Below, piece by piece: positions 7,518 to 15,569 of a stretch of 64,000 nt of DNA. The notes under the pieces are model-generated. The model was not told the origin of the DNA, did not search any database, and worked only from the letters and a program-made list of their open reading frames with translations. The stretch is taken from positions 50,921-114,920 of the forward strand of contig JAHLKU010000002.1 of assembly GCA_020444505.1 (NCBI GenBank). Reading direction: 5' to 3'. A program made the position numbers and the translations under genes. Position 1 is the stretch's first letter. Every line of letters starts with the position of its first letter. Source of the DNA: Actinomycetota bacterium (GTDB lineage Bacteria; Actinomycetota; Acidimicrobiia; Spongiisociales; UBA11373).

Positions 7518-10001
7518 ATGACGGAGCCGTGCAGCAGGCCGTGGCTCGAAGGCCAGGTGACGGAGTACGCCCGTCTGTACCCGATCTACGAGCGGTACGG
7601 GCGGGTGCTCGAAGACGTGCTGCGGGCGGCGGCACGGCGGCATGCGCCGCTCGCCATCGTCCAGACCAGGGCCAAGAAGGTGCCGTCGTTCGCCGAGAAG
7701 TGCCTCCGGAAATGCCACAAGTACCCGATGCCGGCCCATCAACTGACCGACCTGTGCGGCGCCCGCCTCATCGCCAGGACGGCGTCGGAGGTGAAGGCGG
7801 TCCGTGCGTTCCTGCACGAGCACCTGGAGATCGACTGGGAGAACAGCGACGACGTCTCGGAGCGGCTCTCGTGGTCGGAGTTCGGCTACCGCTCGATCCA
7901 CTACGTGGTGGCGCTGCGCCGGGGCGACGGCCTGGTGGACGTGGACGACGACCTGTACGGCTTCACCTGCGAGTCCCCGGAGTGCCCCGGCGTGGGGACG
8001 TTCCACCCCTTCAAGGCCGAGATCCAGGTGCGGACGCTGGCGGAGCACGCCTGGGCCGACTTCGCCCACGACATCACCTACAAGGGCGCGTTCACCCTGC
8101 CCGACACCTGGCTGCGGGAGATCGCCCTGATGGCCGCCGACCTCGAGGACGTCGACCGCACCGTGGAGCGGATCGAGGAGGGCCTGCGCACCTACGCGGC
8201 GTCGTACGGCGCCTACCTCTCGCCCGACGACCTCGCCGCCGAGATCGAGACGCTGTCCACCGTGCTCTCCTTCGACCCGGGTAACGCCGATCTCGCCTGG
8301 CGCATCGGCAAACTGGCGATGACGGCCGGCGATTGGGACCGGGCGGTCGAGGTGATGGGCCCGTTCGTGGACCCCGACGCCCCGGGCGATGCGATGCAAC
8401 CACTGCTGCGGGACCTGGGGGTGGCGTTGCGCAAGGCGGGCGACGTGGCCCTGGGCAGGAGGTACCTGGAGGCCGCGGTGGAGGCCGATCCCACCGACGC
8501 CGACGCCGTCGCCTCGCTGGCCGGCACCTGGCGGGGTGAGGACGACGACCGGGCCCACGACCTGTACCGCAGGGCGTTCGAGGTGGACCCCACCGACTAC
8601 TACCCGCTGCTCAACTACGTGGACGGCGAGATCGAGCGCTCGGGGACCACCGGGGTCCTCGACGTGCTGGCCCCGATGGCGTCGCAGGCCATGGCGCGGT
8701 GCCGCGCCCACGTGGACGTGGGCATCAACGTGCCGTGGTCGCTGTCGTCGCTCGCCAAGTTCCACCTGCTGCTCGGCGACCCGTTCGCCGCACTGGAGTG
8801 GTACGCGCTGGCGATCCGCTCCGCACCGGCGGCGTTCGCCATCCCCGGCCTGGATCGCATCCGCGGCGCCGGGATCGAGGGCCTGGAGTGGTCCGACCGG
8901 TTGCTGACGCTGGCCGCCGCGGCGCGCTTCGGCGACGAGGCGGCGCTGGAGCGCGTGCGGGCGCTGGCCACGCCGGGCGCCGACCCCCTGGAGGGCCCGG
9001 TGACGATCTTCGCCGGCGGCACCGACCCGGCGTTCGCCGAGCAGATGGAGGGCTACCGCTCGCTGGTGGAGGAGGCCGTCGCCGGCCTGTCGGGCACCGT
9101 CGTCTCGGGCGGCACCCGCCAGGGCGTGTGCGGGATGGTGGGCGCGGCCGGCGTGCCCCACCGGGGACGGGTCCGCACGGTGGGCTACCTGCCGTCCGGC
9201 GTCCCGGAGGACGCCGACCCGGACGACCGCTACGACGAGATCCGGGAGACCGCCGGGCAGGGGTTCACGCCGCTCGACCCGCTGCAGAACTGGATCGACG
9301 TGGTGGCCTCGGGCATCGACCCGGCGGAGGTGATCGTGGTGGGCCTCGGCGGCGGGCGGATCGCCGCCGCCGAGTACCGCATCGCGCTGGCGCTCGGGGC
9401 CACGGTCGGCATCGTGGAGGGGAGCGGGCGGGAGGCCTCGCGCCTGCTGGCCGACCCCCGTTGGAAGGACGCGCCCACGCTGGTGCCGCTGCCGGCCGAC
9501 CCCCACACGGTGCGGGCCTTCGTCACCCGGCCCACCGCGGCCCTGTCCGACGGCGACCGCGAAGCGGTGGCGCGGGGCATGCACGACGTGTACCGCCGGG
9601 ACATCGCCGCAGCGGCCGCCGACGACCCGGCCCGGCGCCCGTGGGAGGCCCTCTCGGACGACCTCCGGCAGAGCAACCTGCACCAGGCAGACCACATCGG
9701 CGCCAAGGTGGCCGAGGTCGGCTGCCGGGTGGTGGCGGCCGCCGACGCCGACCCCGGTTTCGAGTTCACCGCCGCCGAGGTGGAGCGGCTGTCCGAGATG
9801 GAGCACGGCCGGTGGACCGCCGACCGGCTTCGCTCCGGATGGCGGTGGGGCCCCGAGCGCGACCCGGGCGCCCGGCGGAGCCCCCACCTGGTGCCGTGGT
9901 CCCGCCTCCCCGACGACATCCGCGAGTACGACCGGGCGTTCGTGCGCCGCATCCCCGCACTGCTCGGCACGGTCGGCCTCGGCGTGGCCCGGGAGGGCTA
10001 G
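7518..10001 (+). CDS. multidomain protein: N-terminal RelA/SpoT-type nucleotidyltransferase (alarmone synthetase) - TPR-like repeats - SLOG/LOG-like Rossmann domain - C-terminal RyR domain
   Basis: Start is Met76 of track ORF 7293..10001, after a GGAGGA RBS. All RelA_SpoT synthetase motifs are intact: RAKKVPSFAEK, DLCGARLIAR, GYRSIHYVV and EIQVRTLAEHAWADFAHDITYK. The SLOG/LOG-like motifs are SGGTRQGVCGMVGAAG and VGLGGGRIAAAEY. The C-terminal block LRQSNLHQADHIGAKV...EHGRWTADRLRSGWRWGPERDPGARRSPHLVPWSRL is homologous to the C-terminus of the divergent neighbour. Confidence 0.85.
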   Translation: MTEPCSRPWLEGQVTEYARLYPIYERYGRVLEDVLRAAARRHAPLAIVQTRAKKVPSFAEKCLRKCHKYPMPAHQLTDLCGARLIARTASEVKAVRAFLHEHLEIDWENSDDVSERLSWSEFGYRSIHYVVALRRGDGLVDVDDDLYGFTCESPECPGVGTFHPFKAEIQVRTLAEHAWADFAHDITYKGAFTLPDTWLREIALMAADLEDVDRTVERIEEGLRTYAASYGAYLSPDDLAAEIETLSTVLSFDPGNADLAWRIGKLAMTAGDWDRAVEVMGPFVDPDAPGDAMQPLLRDLGVALRKAGDVALGRRYLEAAVEADPTDADAVASLAGTWRGEDDDRAHDLYRRAFEVDPTDYYPLLNYVDGEIERSGTTGVLDVLAPMASQAMARCRAHVDVGINVPWSLSSLAKFHLLLGDPFAALEWYALAIRSAPAAFAIPGLDRIRGAGIEGLEWSDRLLTLAAAARFGDEAALERVRALATPGADPLEGPVTIFAGGTDPAFAEQMEGYRSLVEEAVAGLSGTVVSGGTRQGVCGMVGAAGVPHRGRVRTVGYLPSGVPEDADPDDRYDEIRETAGQGFTPLDPLQNWIDVVASGIDPAEVIVVGLGGGRIAAAEYRIALALGATVGIVEGSGREASRLLADPRWKDAPTLVPLPADPHTVRAFVTRPTAALSDGDREAVARGMHDVYRRDIAAAAADDPARRPWEALSDDLRQSNLHQADHIGAKVAEVGCRVVAAADADPGFEFTAAEVERLSEMEHGRWTADRLRSGWRWGPERDPGARRSPHLVPWSRLPDDIREYDRAFVRRIPALLGTVGLGVAREG

Positions 10002-10003
10002 CG

Positions 10004-10360
10004 ATGGAAGACGAGACGACGATCATGTTCTTCTCCTACGACCTGGTGAGCAAGTTCGGGTTCGGGGACGGGGACATGCTGTGGGACCTCATCGAGGAGC
10101 GCGATCTCGGGGTCGACCACCACGACCTCTTGATCGCGGTGGTCGAGCGCCTGCTGGTGCCGAGGCTCGATGAGGAGGTGGAGACCTACACGATCGGGGC
10201 GACCCTCCACAACCCGATCCGGGCCAGGACGGTGGACGGCGAGGAGGCCGGCGCCTCCTCGGTGTTCACCCCGGAATCGGTGGGCATCGCCGTCGACGAC
10301 ATCCTCGCGATCGCCGCCGAGCTGCCCCGTGTGGAGCCGGACCCGGACGAGTGGGCATGA
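10004..10360 (+). CDS. small acidic hypothetical protein (118 aa)
   Basis: ATG 3 nt after the upstream stop. Strong GC3 bias. The product MEDETTIMFFSYDLVSKFGFGDGDMLWDLIEERD... is very acidic. Confidence 0.7.
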   Translation: MEDETTIMFFSYDLVSKFGFGDGDMLWDLIEERDLGVDHHDLLIAVVERLLVPRLDEEVETYTIGATLHNPIRARTVDGEEAGASSVFTPESVGIAVDDILAIAAELPRVEPDPDEWA

Positions 10361-10680
10361 CCGCCGACTGGGGCGCCTTCTACCGGGCGGTGTGCGCCTC
10401 GGCGGGGTCGCTGCTCACCGGCCTCGACGACGAGGCCCGGGAGGCGATCGCCGAGGCTGCGGGAGCCTTCGACGTCTTCTGGTCGGTTTCGATGCTCGAC
10501 ACGTTCACCGACTTCGCTCCGGAGAGCACTCGCACCGGCGTGGAGTTGGCCCTCGAGGTGTGGAGGGAGAACGTGCTGGAGGCGTTCGGCGACCTGCTCG
10601 ATCTGGACCCGGCGGCGGTGGGCATCGACCCGCGTGCGATCGGGCCGCTCGTGGCGGCTGCCGAGGGGGAGGACGGCTAG
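10357..10680 (+). CDS. small acidic hypothetical protein (107 aa)
   Basis: ATGA overlap with the upstream stop, implying translational coupling. Strong GC3 bias. Product is MTADWGAFYRAVCASAG... Confidence 0.7.
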   Translation: MTADWGAFYRAVCASAGSLLTGLDDEAREAIAEAAGAFDVFWSVSMLDTFTDFAPESTRTGVELALEVWRENVLEAFGDLLDLDPAAVGIDPRAIGPLVAAAEGEDG

Positions 10681-10690
10681 GGTCGCCGCC

Positions 10691-11179
10691 ATGCGCAGCC
10701 CGCTCGAACAGCGAGTGATCGGCCACCTCGATGCGCTCGGGGCCCGGTACGAGGTGCTGGACTGCGACCCCGCCCTGGCCGACACCGCCGCGTTCTGCGA
10801 GCACTACGGCTACGGCCTCGACGTGTCGGCCAACGCCATCGTCATCGCCTCCCGCCGCCCGCCGGGGGAGGTGTGCGTGTGCCTGGGCCTGGCGACCACG
10901 AGGCTGGACGTGAACCGCCGGGTGAAGGGCTTGATGGGCGTCTCCAAGCTGTCGTTCGCCCCGGCGGAGGCCACCGTGGAGGCCACCGGCATGGAGATCG
11001 GCGGGGTGACGCCGTTCGGCCTCCCCGACGGCCTGCCGGTGTACGTGGACGCCCGCATCCCGGCGCTGGAGCAGTGCATCGTTGGCGGCGGCAGCCGGGC
11101 GATCAAGCTGCTGGTGGACCCCGAGGTGTTCACCCGGATGCCGGGCGTCGAGGTGGTCGAGGGCCTGGCAACGGAGTAG
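10691..11179 (+). CDS. ybaK: YbaK/ProX-family aminoacyl-tRNA deacylase (Cys-tRNA(Pro) deacylase-like)
   Basis: Start at Met20 (MRSPLEQRV) of the track ORF. Carries the YbaK/EbsC-type motifs ...SANAIVIASRRP...GGVTPFGLP. Confidence 0.75.
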   Translation: MRSPLEQRVIGHLDALGARYEVLDCDPALADTAAFCEHYGYGLDVSANAIVIASRRPPGEVCVCLGLATTRLDVNRRVKGLMGVSKLSFAPAEATVEATGMEIGGVTPFGLPDGLPVYVDARIPALEQCIVGGGSRAIKLLVDPEVFTRMPGVEVVEGLATE

Positions 11180-11196
11180 CCGCCCGGGCGGGCCGA

Positions 11197-11877
11197 TCAG
11201 GGAGCGATGCCCTCGGCGCCGCTGGAGCCGATCCCCGACAGCAGCGCCCCCAGCCCCCATTCGAACTGGACGTCCGAGGCCACAGAGCCGACATGGGGCC
11301 GTGCGCTCCGGGTGACGGTGGGGTATGCGGCCGGGTCGAGCCGCCGGATGAGCTCGTCCCATTGGGCTGCGTACGCCTCCGGAGGCTGCAGGCGGCTCCT
11401 GGGGACCTCCCAGACCACGAAGCCGATCGTGTACGACAGGCAGGAGAAGAACGAGCGAACGCTCTCCTCGGGGCCCACTCCGTCGTGCTGCAGTTCTGTG
11501 AGCAGGTTCTCGAGGTGATCGAAGACGGCGGGGATCGTGACGCGCCCCCCCGCGAGGAGCCGGGTCAGCGCCGGATGAGCGAGTGCGATGCGCCTGAACG
11601 ACCGGAAGTACTCGGCGAGCCGTTCGAGGCCGCGGCCGGGAGGGACCTCGAGGTCCACGAACAGGGACGTCGCCATGCGGTCGAGCAGGTCCTCCTTGTC
11701 GCGGACGTAGCTGTAGAGGGTCATGGTCCCCACCCCGAGGCGGGCGCCGATCTTGGCCATGGACAGCCCGTCGAGCCCCACCTCGTCGACGATCGCGATG
11801 GCCGCATCGACCACCTGGTCGGCGCTGAGGCTCGGTGGACGGCCTGCCCGATGCGGTCCGGGGGCCCCGGCGTTCAT
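11197..11877 (-). CDS. TetR-family transcriptional regulator
   Basis: Start MNAGAPGP after a GGAGG RBS; MSTV at 11901 is an alternative start. The HTH is LSMAKIGARLGVGTMTLYSYVRDKEDLL. The long N-terminal extension in the track is an artefact. Confidence 0.8.
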   Translation of the reverse strand: MNAGAPGPHRAGRPPSLSADQVVDAAIAIVDEVGLDGLSMAKIGARLGVGTMTLYSYVRDKEDLLDRMATSLFVDLEVPPGRGLERLAEYFRSFRRIALAHPALTRLLAGGRVTIPAVFDHLENLLTELQHDGVGPEESVRSFFSCLSYTIGFVVWEVPRSRLQPPEAYAAQWDELIRRLDPAAYPTVTRSARPHVGSVASDVQFEWGLGALLSGIGSSGAEGIAP

Positions 11878-11907
11878 CACGGCCTCCTCGACAGTTGACA
11901 TGGTTGT

Positions 11908-11950
11908 CGTACCGACTACGATAATATGTCGTATGCAGTACGACAAGTCC
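11908..11950. promoter_or_regulatory. candidate TetR operator: 9-bp perfect inverted repeat in the divergent intergenic region
   Basis: TTGTCGTAC-N25-GTACGACAA, with an internal ACGATAATATGTCGT sub-palindrome, between tetR and the SRPBCC gene. This stretch is AT-richer than its surroundings. Confidence 0.35.
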
Positions 11951-11970
11951 ACGACCCCTGGAGAACGACG

Positions 11971-12417
11971 ATGATCACGTTTGCCAACACGCTCGAGATC
12001 GAGCGGCCCATCGACGACGTCTTCGCCTACCTCGGAGACCTCAGGCACGTCCCGGCGTGGAACTGGGCGGTGACCTCCACCCGCAAGGTGAGTGAGGGCC
12101 CGATCGGGGTGGGCACCGAGTTCCTGCAGACCCGGAGTACCCCCGCTCCCGCCACCGAGACGCTGAGGCTCACCGCCTTCGAACCACCGCACACGATCGC
12201 CATCGAAGGCGCGCTGGGCCCGTTCGCCGCACGGCTGCGCTACCGGCTCGAACAGGCCGGCGCCCTCACCAGGGTCGTCAACGACGTCGAGCTCACGTCT
12301 CCCGGAATGCTGAGGCTCGCGGCGCCGATCCTCGCCCGTCGCATCCAGGGGTCGGTCGCCGAGAACCTGCGGGTGCTCAAGGCACTCCTCGAGGGACCGC
12401 AGGCGGTCCGGAGGTGA
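11971..12417 (+). CDS. SRPBCC (Bet v1-like / polyketide cyclase-dehydrase) ligand-binding protein
   Basis: Start MITFANTLEIERPIDDVFAYLGDLRHVPAWN after a GGAGAA RBS. This is an SRPBCC signature. It sits divergent from tetR. Confidence 0.7.
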   Translation: MITFANTLEIERPIDDVFAYLGDLRHVPAWNWAVTSTRKVSEGPIGVGTEFLQTRSTPAPATETLRLTAFEPPHTIAIEGALGPFAARLRYRLEQAGALTRVVNDVELTSPGMLRLAAPILARRIQGSVAENLRVLKALLEGPQAVRR

Positions 12418-12476
12418 CGGCGACCGGCCCCGCAGACCGGCTCGACGGCAGGGCGACGCACGAAGGGGTGATCGGG

Positions 12477-13154
12477 ATGACGGCACGGCGCTCGACGGCA
12501 CGGTGGACCGGCGTCTCCTACCTGGTGATGGCCGTGGCGGGACTCATCGGGTTCCTGTTCGTGAGGAGCGAACTGTTCGTCGAATCCGACGCAGCCGCAA
12601 CACTGGCGAACCTGGTGCGGCGGCCGTCGCTCGCCAGGCTCGGGATCGTCGCCGACCTGACCGTGGTCGTCGCCCAGGCCATCACCGCCCTGTGGTTCCT
12701 CGAACTGTTCCGTGCGAGGAGCGGGCTCGCGGCGCGCTCGATCGCGGCATTCGGCCTGGTCAACGCCGGCGCGGTCCTGGTGGCCACCGCCTTCTCGGTT
12801 GCGGCCCTGGTCGTCGCCCACGACGCCTCGCTCGCACCCGGTGGGGATCAGGCCGCGACTGTGCAGGTGCTCTACCGGCTCGGGGGCGCGCTCTGGGACC
12901 TGGGAGGCGTGTTCTTCGGCCTGTGGCTCATCCCCATGGGGTATGCCGTGGCTGCGTCCAGGCGGATGCCGTCCGCTCTGGGCTGGGTGCTGGGGCTCGG
13001 CGGTGTCGGGTACGTGCTCAGCACCTACCTCACCCAGGCCTTCCCGGGCGCGCCGGCCGCGATCGAGGCGAGCCTGGTCGGACTGGCCACCGTGGGCGAG
13101 TTCTGGATGATCGGGCACCTGCTCTTCTCCAGGGCGGGCGAGCCGGAGCGATGA
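12477..13154 (+). CDS. membrane protein (DUF4386-like)
   Basis: Hydrophobic multi-TM ORF. A GTG at 12414 overlapping the upstream stop is an alternative start. Confidence 0.55.
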   Translation: MTARRSTARWTGVSYLVMAVAGLIGFLFVRSELFVESDAAATLANLVRRPSLARLGIVADLTVVVAQAITALWFLELFRARSGLAARSIAAFGLVNAGAVLVATAFSVAALVVAHDASLAPGGDQAATVQVLYRLGGALWDLGGVFFGLWLIPMGYAVAASRRMPSALGWVLGLGGVGYVLSTYLTQAFPGAPAAIEASLVGLATVGEFWMIGHLLFSRAGEPER

Positions 13155-13221
13155 GCAACGGAGTAGCCGCCCGGGCGGGAAAAGACACCGTCGCGGCCGC
13201 CCCCCTCCCTACGCTCGCCCC

Positions 13222-14373
13222 GTGAGCGACAGGACCGTCGAGACCCCGCCGCCGGCCAGGGAGCGCCGCTCCTGGCTGGGCGACGACGGCATGCCCGGCT
13301 GGATCCCCCGGCTGCTGGCGATGGTGTTCGGCACCATCGTGGCGCTGTGGGCTGCGTTCCACGTGCTGGGGCGGCTGCGGGGCCTGCTGATCATCATCCT
13401 GATCTCCTTCTTCCTGTCGATCGCCCTGGAGCCCGGCGTCAACTACCTGGCGAAGCGGGGGTGGAGACGGGGCCTGGCCACGGGCCTGCTCTTCTTCTCC
13501 ATGCTGCTGGTGATCGGCCTGTTCATCGGCCTGATGGTGCCGCTCGTCGTGAACCAGACGATCAAGCTCATCGACAAGATCCCCACCTACGTGGACTCGG
13601 CGTCGGAGTTCCTCACCCGGTTCGGCATCGACTTCTCCGGCGACCGGCTGGCCTCGGCGCTGTCGAACCTGGGCAACGACCTGCAGGGCGTGGCCGCAGA
13701 CGTGGCCGGCAGCGTGTTCGGCGTGGGGTCTGCGCTGCTGGGGACCGTGCTGCAGTTGCTGACCATCGGCCTGTTCACGTTCTACATGACGGCCGAGGGC
13801 CCCAGACTGCGGAGGACCGTGCTGTCGGCCCTGCCCCCCGCCCGCCAGCACGAGGTGCTGCGGGTGATCGACATCGCCATCGACAAGACCGGCGGGTACT
13901 TCTACAGCAGGGCGCTGCTGGCGCTGTTCGGGGCCGCGGTGGCGTGGGCGACGTTCGCCATCATCGGCCTGCCGTTCGCCCTGGCCCTGGCGCTGTGGCT
14001 GGGCGTGCTGTCGCAGTTCGTCCCCGTGGTCGGCACCTACATCGGCGGCATCCTGCCGTTGCTGATCGCCCTGCTGGAGAGCCCGTGGATGGCGCTGGCC
14101 GTGCTGATCTACGTGGTCGTGTACCAGCAGATCGAGAACTACCTGCTGGCCCCCAAGATCACCCACCGCACCATGTCGCTGCACCCGGCCGTGTCCTTCG
14201 GCTCGGCCATCGCAGGCGGCACGCTGATGGGGGCGCCGGGTGCGCTGATGGCGCTGCCGGTTGCGGCCACCATCCAGGCGTTCGTCAGCACCTACATCCG
14301 GCGGCACGAGGTGGTGGAGTCGCCGCTCACCGACGAGGACGAGGACGAGGACGACGCCCCCGGCGATGCCTGA
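13222..14373 (+). CDS. AI-2E family transporter (UPF0118/PerM-like)
   Basis: 383 aa, 8 TM, with the typical AI-2E pattern ...KTGGYFYSRALLALF...YQQIENYLLAPKI. It has an acidic C-tail. Confidence 0.85.
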   Translation: MSDRTVETPPPARERRSWLGDDGMPGWIPRLLAMVFGTIVALWAAFHVLGRLRGLLIIILISFFLSIALEPGVNYLAKRGWRRGLATGLLFFSMLLVIGLFIGLMVPLVVNQTIKLIDKIPTYVDSASEFLTRFGIDFSGDRLASALSNLGNDLQGVAADVAGSVFGVGSALLGTVLQLLTIGLFTFYMTAEGPRLRRTVLSALPPARQHEVLRVIDIAIDKTGGYFYSRALLALFGAAVAWATFAIIGLPFALALALWLGVLSQFVPVVGTYIGGILPLLIALLESPWMALAVLIYVVVYQQIENYLLAPKITHRTMSLHPAVSFGSAIAGGTLMGAPGALMALPVAATIQAFVSTYIRRHEVVESPLTDEDEDEDDAPGDA

Positions 14374-14788
14374 GCGCCGGGTCCTCTTCGTCTGCACCGG
14401 CAACATCTGCCGGTCCCCGATGGCGGCGGCCGTCGCCGCGGCGCGGGCGGGGGACCGCACCGCGTTCGAGAGCGCCGGCATCCGGGCGCTGGCGGGGGAA
14501 CCGGCCACGCCGGAGGCGGTGGAGGCCTGTGCGGAGGCCGGGGTGGCCCTCGCCGGCCACCGCGCCCGGGCGTTCGATCGCGGCGGGTCGTGGGACCGGG
14601 TGTACGTCATGACCGCCGACCACCTGCGGGCGGTGCTCGCCGCCGCCCCCCACCTGCGGGGACGGGTGGAGATGCTGCGCCCCGACGGCGGCGACGTCGA
14701 CGACCCCTACGGGTGGGGGATCGAGGCGTACCGCCGGGCGCGGGACGAGATCACCGCGGCGATCGATGCCAGGGGGAGCGGCCTCTAG
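14366..14788 (+). CDS. low-molecular-weight protein-tyrosine phosphatase / ArsC-like
   Basis: Start MPERRVLFVCTGNICRSPMA gives the CX5R P-loop. It overlaps the AI-2E gene stop. Confidence 0.85.
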   Translation: MPERRVLFVCTGNICRSPMAAAVAAARAGDRTAFESAGIRALAGEPATPEAVEACAEAGVALAGHRARAFDRGGSWDRVYVMTADHLRAVLAAAPHLRGRVEMLRPDGGDVDDPYGWGIEAYRRARDEITAAIDARGSGL

Positions 14789-14789
14789 G

Positions 14790-15569
14790 TCAGGCCGCGG
14801 CGGCCGGGCGGCACCGCAGGCAGGCCCGGTACCCGGCGCGTTCGGCGTCGGCGGCCGAGCGGAACTCCACCCGGTGGGCGTCGGTGATGCGGCGGGCGTG
14901 CCCGCAGGTGGGGTGGCAGTACACGTGCGTGGTGTCGCTGCCCACCAGGCGGACGCCCCGGGCGGCGAGGGCGGCGAGGCCATCCACGTCGAGGCCCTCC
15001 ATCTCCAGCAGGCGGCGCTTGTTGGCGTCCTCGCCCAGCGAGTAGCGGCCCAGCACCCCGTCGGAGCGGACCACCCGGTGGCAGGGGATCACCACCGGCA
15101 CCGGGTTGCGGGCCAGCGCCGAGCCGACCGCCCGGGTGGCGCCGGGCCTGCCGATCTCGCCGGCCACCCAGCCGTAGGGGCGCACTTCGCCGCGGGGGAT
15201 CTCGGCGGTCTTGGCCAGCACGGCGGCCTGGAACGGGGTGACGCTGCGCAGGTCCAGCGGCAGCGCCCCGGGCCTCCCCTCGGCGATGGCCCGGTCGATG
15301 CGGGCCGCCAGGGCCTCCGGCAGGGCTGCGGCCGGGACGGCCGGGCGGCCGAAGCGCTCGGCGAAGCGGGCCTCGAACCGGGCGGGGTCGGTGGCCACGT
15401 CGACGGCGGAGACGCCCTCGTCGTTGAACGCCACGTACACGTCGCCCAGCGGGCTGGGGCGGGTGACGTACCCGTCGGCGAGGCCGGTGGCGGTGAGCAC
15501 GGCCGGCAGCAGGGTGGAGGGGGCGGCCCGCCGCAGGGCGGCGAGGTCGCCGATGGGTCGGTCGCTCAT
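14790..15569 (-). CDS. ogt: methylated-DNA-protein-cysteine methyltransferase (Ogt/MGMT) fused to a C-terminal Ada-type zinc-binding domain
   Basis: Start Met53 (MSDRPIGD) after a GAGGAGG RBS. The active site is PCHRVV. The C-terminus HVYCHPTCGHAR...GYRACLRCRP has the Ada Zn Cys4 pattern. ATGA overlap with the sigma gene. Confidence 0.8.
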   Translation of the reverse strand: MSDRPIGDLAALRRAAPSTLLPAVLTATGLADGYVTRPSPLGDVYVAFNDEGVSAVDVATDPARFEARFAERFGRPAVPAAALPEALAARIDRAIAEGRPGALPLDLRSVTPFQAAVLAKTAEIPRGEVRPYGWVAGEIGRPGATRAVGSALARNPVPVVIPCHRVVRSDGVLGRYSLGEDANKRRLLEMEGLDVDGLAALAARGVRLVGSDTTHVYCHPTCGHARRITDAHRVEFRSAADAERAGYRACLRCRPAAAA

